Source: Candidatus Marinacidobacterales bacterium (GTDB taxonomy: Bacteria > Acidobacteriota > Vicinamibacteria > Marinacidobacterales > SMYC01). From it: a DNA stretch of 64,000 nucleotides. The stretch is from NCBI GenBank assembly GCA_965237955.1, contig OZ250169.1:7744001-7808000 (forward strand), given 5' to 3'. The notes beneath the pieces are model-generated. The model was not told where the DNA came from, searched no databases, and saw only the letters and a list, made by a program, of their open reading frames with translations. Both the position numbers and the translations under genes were made by a program. Shown here in pieces: positions 1-10,257 of the stretch (position 1 is its first letter; each line of letters begins with the position of its first letter).

Positions 1-1
1 G

Positions 2-1897
2 TTCTATCAGAACGCGACCGTAGACAAGAGGACGCTCGACATCATCGAAAAGGTGATGCACAACCCGAGAAACGCGGGGAAGACGCTCTTCGACGTGCTC
101 GAGGAGTACGTCCGCGTCGAAGAGATCGATTTTTCGAATGCCCAGGCGAAAGGCGTCGCGAACATCGACGATATGCGCCAACTTCGCGTGGGCGTCGACC
201 CGGTGAGTCTGGGCGAGGACCATCACGCGGTCGTGAACGAGCATCTTCCCGGCGCCTATCTCTACCAGTACGAAGGCGCCATGGTGGCGGCGAATCGCGG
301 TCTCCTTCACATCCATGATGCTTTCGGAGGCGAGGACGACCGGGGGCCGAGTGAGGAGGCATATAAGCCTTTATTAATGTTGCTCGGGAGCGGCAAAGCG
401 TCGATCGAATCGACCCAGACGCCGATCGACACGACGGTGGTGGCGACGACGAACCTCGAGGAGATGACTCGCCTCGAGCATCAGCTCACGTCGTCGAAGC
501 TTCTCGACCGTATCGAGGAGATTCCAGTGAACTACCTCCTCGACGCGTACTCGGAAATGGATATCCTCAAACGGGACATGTCCAATATCCGCGAGAAGTA
601 CGCTGTCGACCCCAACCTGTTGCGGATCGCGACCTATTTTTCGGTGTTGACGAGGCTGTTGCCTCCGAGGAAAGTGCCTCCTCTCGCGAGCTGGAGCGAG
701 CAGAAAAAGAGCCTCTACTACTCCATCACGCCCGAGCAGAAGCTCTTCATCTACACGGCGCAGCCCGGGGATCCGATGGCGACGATCCAAAAGCTCCCCG
801 AATGGCATCCGTTCCGGAGCGAGCTCATCCGTCTCGACGTGGACATCAACCACCTCGACCGCCACGAGTCGCTGATCGCGCGCCAGCCCGATCGGATCAC
901 CTTGGAGCAGTCCGGAGTTTTCTCTGGCGACGAGCTCAAGCTCATCGACGACGAGTTCATGCGGGCGCTTTGGAGCGAGCACTACCCCTACGAGGGCAAG
1001 AACGGCACCTCGGTGCGTCAGCTGCAGAATTTGATGCGCGACACGATTTCGAACTCGAACGGATTTCGGGTACACGTGGGAACGTTTTTCAGCCGGCTGC
1101 GAAAAGCGTTGGCCGAGGGACCGGCACTCCATCGCTGGCTCCCGATGGAAGAGAAGTACAAGAAAGACCGAAAGCCAGGGATGAAGCGGGCTGTTGGCGA
1201 CACCCTGTTCGAAGATGGTGAAGGGGATTACGGCGACTTTCAGGGCCTCATGAAAGTGGCCCAAGCCATCTACAACGACATCGTCCGGCGCGAGATCACG
1301 GTCGCCACGGTGAACCGCGATCCCCAGGAAATCGCTCTCGATCTCAGGAAGTACATCCAGCATGTGCTGCTGCAACGAGCCCAGGAAAACCGCGCCTTCT
1401 CGCACATCATGATCAAGCGCTTCACGTATTTCGATCCAGTGACGGGCGAGAAGATCGATCACGCCGACACCGGGTACATGACCTCCATTGAGCGGATCGT
1501 CGCGCCGGGCATTCTACCCGAGGTCTATCGTCGCGATATGGCCGAAAGGTTTCTCGGCATGAACGACAGCGATGAGTTATCGCTCGAGGAAGGCAAGAGT
1601 GTCGTGAGCTCGCGGAGCGACAATTTCCTCACCTGCTTCGGCCAGGAGTACGAGAAGCTCCTGTCTCACCGGCGCACGATTGGCGACATCAACCCCGAGG
1701 AGCTGCGCGATGCGCTGTTCCAAAAGCGCATCAAACCCGAGAAATACGACTCCTACGACGACCGCGTGCGCGGCTTCGCCGAGGAGATTCTCCAAAACAT
1801 GGCCCGCCGCTTCGGCTACTCCAGCGAAAGCGCCCTAGATACCGTGCTCTTCGGGCTGAGGAAGAAGATTATCGACTTCAGCGAAATCATTAGTTAA
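2..1897 (+). CDS. PrkA/YeaG-like AAA+ serine kinase, 5' end outside the window
   Basis: Frame open from base 2. Motifs YEGAMVAANRGLLHIHD, TTNLEE, LLDRIEEIPVNYLL, EGKNGTSVRQ and MARRFGYSSESA match the PrkA AAA and C-terminal layout. Confidence 0.7.
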   Translation, partial: FYQNATVDKRTLDIIEKVMHNPRNAGKTLFDVLEEYVRVEEIDFSNAQAKGVANIDDMRQLRVGVDPVSLGEDHHAVVNEHLPGAYLYQYEGAMVAANRGLLHIHDAFGGEDDRGPSEEAYKPLLMLLGSGKASIESTQTPIDTTVVATTNLEEMTRLEHQLTSSKLLDRIEEIPVNYLLDAYSEMDILKRDMSNIREKYAVDPNLLRIATYFSVLTRLLPPRKVPPLASWSEQKKSLYYSITPEQKLFIYTAQPGDPMATIQKLPEWHPFRSELIRLDVDINHLDRHESLIARQPDRITLEQSGVFSGDELKLIDDEFMRALWSEHYPYEGKNGTSVRQLQNLMRDTISNSNGFRVHVGTFFSRLRKALAEGPALHRWLPMEEKYKKDRKPGMKRAVGDTLFEDGEGDYGDFQGLMKVAQAIYNDIVRREITVATVNRDPQEIALDLRKYIQHVLLQRAQENRAFSHIMIKRFTYFDPVTGEKIDHADTGYMTSIERIVAPGILPEVYRRDMAERFLGMNDSDELSLEEGKSVVSSRSDNFLTCFGQEYEKLLSHRRTIGDINPEELRDALFQKRIKPEKYDSYDDRVRGFAEEILQNMARRFGYSSESALDTVLFGLRKKIIDFSEIIS

Positions 1898-1959
1898 CGC
1901 GGCAATGCCGCTTCGATGTGCCGCGGGATCCGGCCATCAGCCGTCGGACCGTGGTTGCG

Positions 1960-2300
1960 AAGACCAGATTGGATCCTCAGCAGACCGCGTTGGATTTGAT
2001 GTCGGAAGCGAGAGAGCTCGACCCCGAGCTCATGGTCTGGGAGGCGAAAACGATGAACCGCCATCTAGGCATCGTGCTCTTGCCTGCCCGCCTGTGGGCG
2101 GTGTTGTTCTCCGCGTTTGCTGCAGTCGCTCTCGCGCTCGCGAGTAGTTGAGTGGCGTCCTCTTCGGCGTCGAAGCGACAGACATCGTCGCCTTCACCGC
2201 CATGCCTTTTTTGCTGGCGGTCGTCGCCTGCCTCGCGGCGTTCGTGCCCGCGAGACGAGCGAGTCGCATCGATCCCGTCCACGCCCTCAGGACCGAATAG
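1960..2300 (+). pseudogene. Remnant of a FtsX/MacB-like ABC permease (C-terminus only)
   Basis: Broken frames give ELDPELMVWEAKTM...FAAVALALAS and GVEATDIVAF...LAAFVPARRASRIDPVHALRTE*, the typical permease C-terminus. Confidence 0.7.
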
Positions 2301-2325
2301 AACTAATTCCGCCTCTCCTGCCATT

Positions 2326-3546
2326 TCAGTGGATCCTCTCGAGGGTGAGACCGCCACAGTTTAGGTAGACGAGACTGATGAGAGCTTCGGCAGAGTGGAG
2401 TCCAAAGCTGCGGTGGCTCAGCAGCCTGATTTTGTTGTTCATTCCTTCGAGTCGGCCGTTGCTGAGTCTCCACGTGACCCACGCGATGACGCCATCGAAG
2501 TGGCTGCGGATCATCTTCGCCGCGCGTTTGACGGGCTCTATCCTCGAGCTCATAGCGCGCCGCAGCCATCCTCGGAGAAACTTCTTGGCCCATGTCTCGG
2601 TTTTGTAGGTGTAGAGGTCCATGAAGTCGTCGCGCAGAAGCATGGCGCGGTAGAGGCGACGATTAGCTCGCACCTGCTCGCGGAGCACCCGTTTGTCTTT
2701 CGCGCTGCGGTTGTGTTTGGCCTTGAGAAGGGGAAACTTGGTGTTCTTGAGGTTGCGCCGGGCAGTCCCTTTGAGCTCGCGCACCAGCTCGCGCCGGGTC
2801 TTATCCACGGCCTCGTTCAGATGCTTGACGATGTGGAAGCGGTCAAAGATCACCCGTGCCTGAGGAGCCTTTTTGCCGACGACAGTTATGTACGGCTCCC
2901 ACATGTCCATGCTGACCGCTTCGAGCTCCGCGGCTCTTTGTGGTCCGAGCTTGCGGAAAAACCGCAGCAGCGTCTTGGCCTTGCGCTCCTTTCCCGCCCA
3001 GACGACCCGGCCGCTGAGATGGTCTATTACCACTGTTAAGTACTTGTGGCGTTTGCGGTAGCTGATCTCGTCCATCCCAATCACCCGCAATCCATCGAGC
3101 TCGCGCCGCTCATCCCGCTGCTCGGCAACCACTCGCTGGATGATCCGTCGCACCGAACGCCACGTCACTCGGAAATAGTTCGCTACGGCGCTGACGTCCG
3201 TCCTCTGTGCCAGCCACGCTACCTCTTGTTCGAAGCTTTTGGTAAAGCGGCTTCCCTTGTCTGCCCAAGGCACCTTTTCTCTGACCACTCCACACCGCCG
3301 ACATACCACTCGTCGGATCGAGTAGCGAAGATAGGTCCGGACTCCGAACAGGTCCAAGTGCCACCAGTAGCGATTGTAGCGATCTTTGTTCTTGCGGACC
3401 TTTCGTCCGCAAATCCCGCACAGAGGCTTCCTCCTCCGTGGTACTACATCCACCACCACTCTGGCTTTGTCCGCCTGGAAGTGGAAACCTCGGACCCACA
3501 GGCCTTGCAATCCGATGAGCTTGTTGACTAACGTAGTAACGCGCAT
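2326..3546 (-). CDS. ISL3 family transposase
   Basis: Zn finger CGIC...CRRC, GMDEISYRKRHKY, SMDMW, FDRFHIVK, SNGRLEGMNNKI. Start placed at MRVTTL. Confidence 0.95.
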   Translation of the reverse strand: MRVTTLVNKLIGLQGLWVRGFHFQADKARVVVDVVPRRRKPLCGICGRKVRKNKDRYNRYWWHLDLFGVRTYLRYSIRRVVCRRCGVVREKVPWADKGSRFTKSFEQEVAWLAQRTDVSAVANYFRVTWRSVRRIIQRVVAEQRDERRELDGLRVIGMDEISYRKRHKYLTVVIDHLSGRVVWAGKERKAKTLLRFFRKLGPQRAAELEAVSMDMWEPYITVVGKKAPQARVIFDRFHIVKHLNEAVDKTRRELVRELKGTARRNLKNTKFPLLKAKHNRSAKDKRVLREQVRANRRLYRAMLLRDDFMDLYTYKTETWAKKFLRGWLRRAMSSRIEPVKRAAKMIRSHFDGVIAWVTWRLSNGRLEGMNNKIRLLSHRSFGLHSAEALISLVYLNCGGLTLERIH

Positions 3547-3672
3547 CGCGGGAACGCTCTTTTCTCTTTCGGAAAAAAAGATTCTAGCGTTCTCGCCGAT
3601 GCGCATCTACACATGGCTTACCCTCTCAACCCACGGGCCTCACCAAATGCCACTGCCCCTCAGCGGGAGACA

Positions 3673-3984
3673 AGGCTGTGGGAAACGCCCCCACGGTTCT
3701 GGTCGTTCAGGCCTTGCTCACGACTGAGTTCTCTTCGAAGCCTGGAAGGGCGTTTTCCATAGCCTCCACTAATCGAGCCCCCCCTTCCTTATTCCATATG
3801 AATTAATCTTTCTTGTATATATATCAGGAGGGGCCTGTGGGCGCTCGTGGGAAACGCGAAGCGTTTTCCAAGCGATTGTGGAAAACGCCGCTCCACGTTT
3901 GTACGTGCTCACAACCTTTCCCTAAACGCCTCTCTCGCCCGGAGTTTCCGGCGTTTTCCACAATCGCGGCAGCGTCCATAGGCC
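3673..3984 (+). ncRNA. Candidate structured RNA in the non-coding arm of ISL3 copy 1
   Basis: Two stem domains (3673-3765 and 3832-3984) with a perfect 19-bp stem. Mismatches pair as G-U on this strand. Transcription is not shown. Confidence 0.4.
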
Positions 3985-4029
3985 ATGCCCTCCAACACAA
4001 ATCAGATCCCCCGAAACGACAGGAGAACC

Positions 4030-6466
4030 CTAATTCCTTTCGCCGACGAAGCCGGTTGGGTGGTAGTAGCGGTTGCCGACGACGCTGTCGGTCGGGTCGT
4101 AGAACGGGCCGCCGTCGTAGTCATCGATTAGGCCGGAGTAGCCGGCGCTGATATAAACGCCGTTGGCCACATCCGAGCAGCCCGAGAACGGAGCGTTCAC
4201 CAGTGCGGTCTCGTTCTTGACTTCGAAGTGCAGGTGCGGGTTGAAGTCGACGGGATCGCCGATGACGCCGATCTGTTGCCGCTGGGTGACGCGATCGCCC
4301 ACGCTCACGTAGCCGTCGGATTCGATGTGCCCGTAGAGACTGTAGACCGGCTCGTCGACCCCGTCGACGTCATGCTTGAGGATCACGACGTCGACGTAGT
4401 TGCCGCAGTTCTGGAGAACGGTGACGACGTCGCCTGCCGCTGCTGCGTAGACGGGCTCGCCCAACGTCATGCCCGACGAGCGGAACCAGTCTTCGCCGAG
4501 ATGTCCTCGAAACCAGCGGCCGAGGGAGCTGCTGTACCAGCTCTCGCCGAGGCCGAGGCTCACGAACCATCCGGATGCGTTGTCGGCGGATCCTACGGGG
4601 AACGCCCATGAGCTCCCGGTGGGAGGCAGATCGACGTCGCCGAAAGCGAACGTCGCGTCGTGGGACCACTCGCCCCACCCGAGTGAGTTCTCGGCGCGTG
4701 CGCGCCACGAATACAACGTATCGGCGTAGACCGGCCAAAACGTCTGAGCGTTCGTCGTCGGTTGGTACGTGTAGTAGTAGCGCCACTCGGCGCCGTCCCA
4801 ATAGTGGATGTCGAACGCGTAGCGCGTTGCGCCGGTGATCGCATCGACGCGCATCGTCACCGAGCTTCCGGAGACGGCCGCGCCGCCATCCGGGCTCAGC
4901 CCCGTGGGCGCCGGTGGCACCCGCGGGATGTTGCCGTAGTCGAAGTGCGACCACACCGACCACTCACCGGTACCGAAGCTGTTCTCCGCGCGCGCACGCC
5001 AGCGATACGCGATGTCGGCATAGGCTGGCCAGAACGTCTGGCTCGGCGTCGACGGCGAGTACGTGTAGTAGTACTGCCACGAAAGACCATCCCAATATCC
5101 GATCTCGAATTGGTACTGCGTCGCGCCCGCTACGGCTTCGACGACCAACGTCACGCTTGATGAGCCTGCCGCGAACACGGCGCCGTCCTGGGGGCTCGAT
5201 GGCGTCGGCGCGGGGGGCAAACGCGGCACGTTGCGAAATCGAATCCGAACCAGACAGACCACTCTCCGAAACCGTATGCGTTCTCCGCACGGGCCCGCCA
5301 TTGATAGGCGGTGTTATCGAAAGCCGGCCAGAACGTCTGCTGGCTCTCCGCGGGACGGTAGGTGTAGTAGTACTGCCACTCGGTGCCGCCCCAATACCAG
5401 ATCTCGAGCTCGTAGGTGCTCGCGCCGTCGATCGCCTCGACGCTCAACGTGACCGAGCTCGTGGTGATCACGGCGCCGTCCGCCGGGGTCAAAGGCGTCG
5501 GAGCCTCGGGGACGGTTCCGACTCGTCCGAAGTCGAAGCTCGACCAGCTCGACCACTCGCTCCAGCCGAAGGAGTTTCTCGCCCGCACTTGGAATCGGTA
5601 CCTCGTATCGATGAACGCGGGCCAGAAGGTTTGCGAGCTTGTACCGGGCTGATACGTGTAGTACTCCTGCCATGAACCACCGTCCCAGTACTGGATGTGG
5701 AACTCGTACGAGTCGGCGTTCGTCGGAGATTGAACCGAGAGCGTGACCGAGCCGGAGGAGATGACTGCGCCCGATGCAGGCGCGAGCCCAGTGGGTGTTG
5801 CCGGGGGCTCGCCTCCCGGAGCGACATCGACGAGGATGACGTTGTAATCGATGTTCACACCGCACAGATAACCGGTCGTGTACTGCTTGCCCGTGGGCTC
5901 GAACCAGCCCCCGAACGCCTGATAGGACCACGTGCTAAGACTCGCGACGCTGTCGTACCACGCGTACCACAAGGGCACGGGCGAGAACCGCGTCGAGCCC
6001 GGCATGTAAGCGTCCCACCACCACTTGGCGGTGTAAATGCCGCAAGACATCTCGCCGCAAGCATCGAGTGCTTCCTGAATCAAGTTCTCGAGCTGGGCGA
6101 CGCTTCGCCCGGCCGGATAGACTTCGACGTCGAGCCAGAGCCGGCCGATAGGGAGGCCGCTCACGGTGGATAACGCTGCTCGCACCTGGCTTTCGATGTC
6201 GCCATCCCAGTAGAGCACGACATACGCGTCGACCGAGAGGCCGCCGTCGACGGCGGTCTGCAACTGCTGCCGGGTAATGCTCTCTCGACCTGGGTGCCGG
6301 GAATGACGTGCTCGACGCCGTTCGCTCGCCAGCAGGCAACGTCGTCCGGGGTGATGTTTCCCGACCAATGCGAGACGTCCACCGCGAGCACCGGGTCATC
6401 GGCGAATGCCGGCGACCCTGCGAGTAGACAGACAAGGGAAAAGAGAGTTCGGAAGCCCAATCTCAC
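4030..6466 (-). CDS. Secreted peptidoglycan hydrolase: GH25-like domain, four Fn3-like repeats, M23 peptidase (two frameshifts)
   Basis: GTG start with GGAGG RBS and signal peptide. AVDVSHWSG, LWLDVE and CGIYT (GH25-like). Four ~95-aa repeats. HLGED and PHLHFE (M23). Frameshifts at ~6283 and ~5234. Confidence 0.75.
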
Positions 6467-6904
6467 GCCACACCTCCGTGAACCGTACGCCGGAACCAAA
6501 GTTATCATCTTTTTCGTCTTCGAGATGTGATGTCGGCCGCGGGGCGAGAGCCCGTGGGGTTCGCCTCGAATCAGGTGACCGAAGCATAGGTAAGCCCGCA
6601 CGTTACGCCGGAGGCGCAGTGAAAACGTGGGGTTTTACAGACGGGGGTTATTCTGCGGGGGGACGGGCGTCGCAACAAAGATGGTTTCACGTCGACACTC
6701 TCGCGGTAGCGATTGGCTTCGTCAATCAGGTCTTGGAGCACGTCCGGACCGTACTCGTCTTGGGTGATGAAGTGGGCCTTGAACCAGCCTTTGCGGATCG
6801 CGTAAAGCTCGTTGTAGCGGTAGTAGGGCGCACGGCGCGGGTTATAGCCGGAGTCGGCTCCAGAGGCTACAATGAGCGCGGTTGCTTCAGTAAAAGAGAC
6901 GGAC

Positions 6905-7900
6905 GTGAACATTCTGGTCGTTCGAGCCGGGGCTCTCGGGGACACGTTGATGGCGACCCCTGTTGTGAGAGCTCTGGGAGAGCGCTACCCCGATGCCTCC
7001 ATCGACGTACTCTGCTCGGACGCGGCGGTAGCACTCCTCGAGCTTCACCCGCGAGTGGACCGCCTGTTTTCGTTGAAGTGGCGCAACCTGCCGTACGCGA
7101 TCTCTCCGGAAAAGCGCCGGCTCGAGAAACAGCTTCGCGCCCGTCACTACGACCTCGCGGTGTTGCTCGAGCGAGCCCCGCGATACCGGGAGCTCCTCGA
7201 CAAGGCCGACATCCGCGAGATCCGGAGTTTTCTTGAATCGCCCTTCGACCCGAAAGCGCACGCCATCGAGAACAACTTGCGCGCCGCCGGCGTCCACGGG
7301 TCGACGGATATGGAGCTCGCCGTTTCCAAGAACGACGAGCGCAAAGCCCATGAATTTCTAGACGGGCTCGGCCGTCCCCTCGTGGGACTGCACGTTGGTT
7401 ATGGCCCCCGCGGCAAGAAGCGCGATCAGAGCACGCGGCTCAAGGGGTGGGCGCTCGAGAACTTCATCGAGCTCGGAGAGAAGCTCGTCGAAGACGGCGC
7501 CAACCTTGTCCTCACGGGCTCGGCGGAAGACCGGCCGGATGTCGACAAACTTTCGGCCCGGGTGCCGGCACGCGACATCGCCGGCCGGACGTCGGTTAGA
7601 GAGCTCGCCGCGGTCATCCGAAAACTGGATCTGTTCGTGTCGGTAGATTCCGGCCCCGCCCACATGGCGGCGGCCGTGGGGACGCCGCTCGTGGTTTTGT
7701 GGGGGCCGGCCATTCTTGAGCAAGTGCGCCCGATGTCGTCGACGTCACCGGTGACGGTTGTAAGACACGCGGTTCCATGTGCTCCTTGCTACGGCACTCC
7801 GCTGATGAAAACCTGCCAGCAGAACATTTGCATGGAAGGCATCACAACCGGGAAGGTTTTCTCAGACGCGCGTGCGTTACTCGGTAGGCCTGAAGCCTAG
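6905..7900 (+). CDS. Glycosyltransferase family 9 (heptosyltransferase-like)
   Basis: ILVVRAGALGDTLMATP at the N-terminus and DSGPAHMAAAVGTP. Confidence 0.9.
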   Translation: MNILVVRAGALGDTLMATPVVRALGERYPDASIDVLCSDAAVALLELHPRVDRLFSLKWRNLPYAISPEKRRLEKQLRARHYDLAVLLERAPRYRELLDKADIREIRSFLESPFDPKAHAIENNLRAAGVHGSTDMELAVSKNDERKAHEFLDGLGRPLVGLHVGYGPRGKKRDQSTRLKGWALENFIELGEKLVEDGANLVLTGSAEDRPDVDKLSARVPARDIAGRTSVRELAAVIRKLDLFVSVDSGPAHMAAAVGTPLVVLWGPAILEQVRPMSSTSPVTVVRHAVPCAPCYGTPLMKTCQQNICMEGITTGKVFSDARALLGRPEA

Positions 7901-8670
7901 ACGCCCCCGAGCCGGTCCCACAGTGCATCTAGCGCTTCGACCGCGCCAAGCGGCAGCTGGACGTCGACTTCGCCCGAAAGCATCGTCGTGCCCGGATTGA
8001 TCTCGATCGTGGCTTTACCTTGCAGCTTCGCCTCCAACACCGGCCGCGTGATGTAGGGGAACACGCTCGTCGTCCCGATCGAGAACACGACGTCGAACCC
8101 GCGATCGAGCTCGCGTTGCATGATCTCGACTTTCTCGAACGGAAGCAGCTCTCCGAAGAGTACGACATCGGGTCGGAGGGGCTCGTCGCACTCCGGGCAG
8201 ACGGGTAGTGGCGAGAGCCCGGTGTAGTCGTCGACCGTCATCCGATAGTCACAGCTCGTGCACACGATGCGATGGATGTCGCCGTGGATGTCGATTACGT
8301 TCGTCGAGCCCGCCTTGCGATGAAACCCGTCGACGTTTTGGGTGAGGATCCATACGCGCTCGAATCGCTCCTCGAACGCGCTCAACACCTCGTGCGCCCG
8401 GTTGAAGCTCGCGCCCCGGCTCGCGGCCTCGATCTGATGAATGTACTTCCAGGTGACCGAAGGCTCGCGGCGCATCGTCTCACCGGAAAGCGCTTCCTCG
8501 ATGGGGATGCCCTCCGGAGTATCGACGTCGTTGTAGAGCCCTCCGATCCCGCGGTACGTGGGAATTCCAGACTCCGCGGAGATTCCCGCGCCGGTGACGC
8601 ACAGAATGTTCTGCGCATCGCCGAGGAGCGAGACGACGGCGTCGAGCTTGTCGTCTGCATTCGAAGGCAT
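7897..8670 (-). CDS. cobB: NAD-dependent protein deacylase (sirtuin)
   Basis: TGAGISAESGIPTYR, TQNVDGFH, IHG, CxxC-CxxC, LRPDVVLFGE. Confidence 0.9.
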   Translation of the reverse strand: MPSNADDKLDAVVSLLGDAQNILCVTGAGISAESGIPTYRGIGGLYNDVDTPEGIPIEEALSGETMRREPSVTWKYIHQIEAASRGASFNRAHEVLSAFEERFERVWILTQNVDGFHRKAGSTNVIDIHGDIHRIVCTSCDYRMTVDDYTGLSPLPVCPECDEPLRPDVVLFGELLPFEKVEIMQRELDRGFDVVFSIGTTSVFPYITRPVLEAKLQGKATIEINPGTTMLSGEVDVQLPLGAVEALDALWDRLGGV

Positions 8671-8696
8671 GCGACAATTATCCTACAATCACCGAC

Positions 8697-9245
8697 ATGG
8701 ATGTCTTACGACTGAGCGACGTCGATGAGGTCCAGGCTCTGCTGGCGCGCTTCAAGCTCGGGTTGAAACGTGTTCCTGCGAGCGCAGCGATTCCCGGAAG
8801 CTACTGGGGCGACTCCGAGGCTGGGCTCATCGCTGGCGATTTATACGCGCGCCGCGATACCCCTCTGCACTCCGTCCTGCACGAAACCGCACACTTCGTC
8901 TGCATGACTCCCGAGCGACGCAAGCGACTTTTCCGAGACGCCGGCGGCGACGACGCCGAGGGAAACGCGGTCTGCTACCTACAGGTACTCTTGTCGGCCC
9001 AGCTTTCGTGCATTTCCCGGGCACGTTTGTTCCGCGATATGGATGCGTGGGGCTACAGCTTCCGACTGGGCTCGACCAAGCGCTGGTTTGACCAAGACGC
9101 CGCCGACGCAAGAAGTTGGTTGAGTCACCACGGATTGATCGACAACCAGCAAGCACCGACCTGGCGACAGAGAGCGACTTGCCAAGGAGAACGCAAGGGT
9201 GGCCAGACAGCCTACGTGGGTGATGCCACCGCCGTACTCAAATAG
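8697..9245 (+). CDS. Conserved hypothetical protein with HExxH motif
   Basis: IPGSYWG, LHETAH, DMDAWGYSFRLGS. Protein-like composition, divergent from cobB. Confidence 0.65.
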   Translation: MDVLRLSDVDEVQALLARFKLGLKRVPASAAIPGSYWGDSEAGLIAGDLYARRDTPLHSVLHETAHFVCMTPERRKRLFRDAGGDDAEGNAVCYLQVLLSAQLSCISRARLFRDMDAWGYSFRLGSTKRWFDQDAADARSWLSHHGLIDNQQAPTWRQRATCQGERKGGQTAYVGDATAVLK

Positions 9246-9250
9246 ACCCG

Positions 9251-10141
9251 CTAGCGAGCCAGGAGGGCAACGATCTCGTCGAAGCCTTTGAGCTTCGCCA
9301 CCTCGCGCGCAGTGCGGCCATGTTCGGACGTTCGGTCGACGTCGGCGCCCGCCTCGAGGAGAGCCGAGACCGCCTCCGCGGCTCCCGCGGACGCGGCACA
9401 GATGAGCGGCGTTTCGTTTCTGCGGCCTTTCGCGTTCACGTTGGCACCGGCTTCGAGCGCAACGCGGACGACGGCCGCGTTCGCGCACCCGAGCATGATA
9501 GCGCGATTCAAATCCTCCTGCCGCGCGCGCGCTTCGAGGAGCACGCGCAACGCCCACGGACTGCCTTGCCTTGCGGCTACGCTGATGGCATTTTCGCCGC
9601 TCGTTGCGATGCCAGTGCCTTCGCGGGTGGGATCAGCGCCTGCTTGAATGAGACGAAGGAATATCTCGAGCTCGCGCAGCTCGAGTGTCGTCATCAGCGG
9701 CGTCTGGTATGCGTCGGTATCGAGAGCGTTCACATCGACCCCTTCATCGAGAAGTCGCGCCACCGCGTCGAGATCGCCGGCGCGCACCGCCTCGTCCAAG
9801 AGCTCTTCTTGGCTCTCACGTGCACCCGCATCCCGCAAGAGAGCGACGATGTCGGGAAAGCCATCGGCCTTGGCGATGGTCAAGGCGCTGACGCCTTCGA
9901 TGTCGCGCTGCCCAGCGTCGGCCCCCGCTTCGAGCAATAACTCGACGAGCTCTTGGTCGTTGCGGCCGGCGGCCACCATCAACGCGGTACGCCCGTCGGG
10001 GTCGGTGTCGTTGACGTCGGCCCCCGCCTTCAGGAGAGCACGAACTTCGCTGATATCTCCTGCGCTCGCGGCGCTGAGGAAAAGGAGCTCTTCGGGGTCT
10101 TGGGCCGTGGTCGCCAACAGCAGTACAAGTATCGAGCCCAT
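9251..10141 (-). CDS. Secreted ankyrin-repeat protein
   Basis: Signal peptide and repeated GADVN...GRTALM / TPL motifs. Confidence 0.9.
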   Translation of the reverse strand: MGSILVLLLATTAQDPEELLFLSAASAGDISEVRALLKAGADVNDTDPDGRTALMVAAGRNDQELVELLLEAGADAGQRDIEGVSALTIAKADGFPDIVALLRDAGARESQEELLDEAVRAGDLDAVARLLDEGVDVNALDTDAYQTPLMTTLELRELEIFLRLIQAGADPTREGTGIATSGENAISVAARQGSPWALRVLLEARARQEDLNRAIMLGCANAAVVRVALEAGANVNAKGRRNETPLICAASAGAAEAVSALLEAGADVDRTSEHGRTAREVAKLKGFDEIVALLAR

Positions 10142-10257
10142 GAGGGGCAAATCCTAACACGTTGAAGAGGGTCCATCCGGGTGCTAAGCCAACACCGCAC
10201 TCGGTCGACTACGCGGCCGCCGGTAGTGTTACAATCCTCTCCGAAAGGAGAGAGTTT

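Larger units (their letters stand above)
2311..4029 (-). mobile_element. ISL3-family insertion sequence, copy 1 (1719 bp)
   Basis: Imperfect 25-bp terminal IRs (19/25). 8-bp direct repeat CTAATTCC at 2303-2310 and 4030-4037. Near-identical to 35628-37346. Confidence 0.95.

Noticed and set aside
3813-4151. 112-151 aa ORF inside the ISL3 arm as a passenger gene
   Set aside because: TTG start, no motif, and it runs out of the element with different ends in the two copies.
4600-5810. CRISPR-like periodic repeats (e.g. GTGTAGTAGTA)
   Set aside because: They are the coding repeats of the hydrolase with a period near 290 bp, degenerate, and no cas genes are present.
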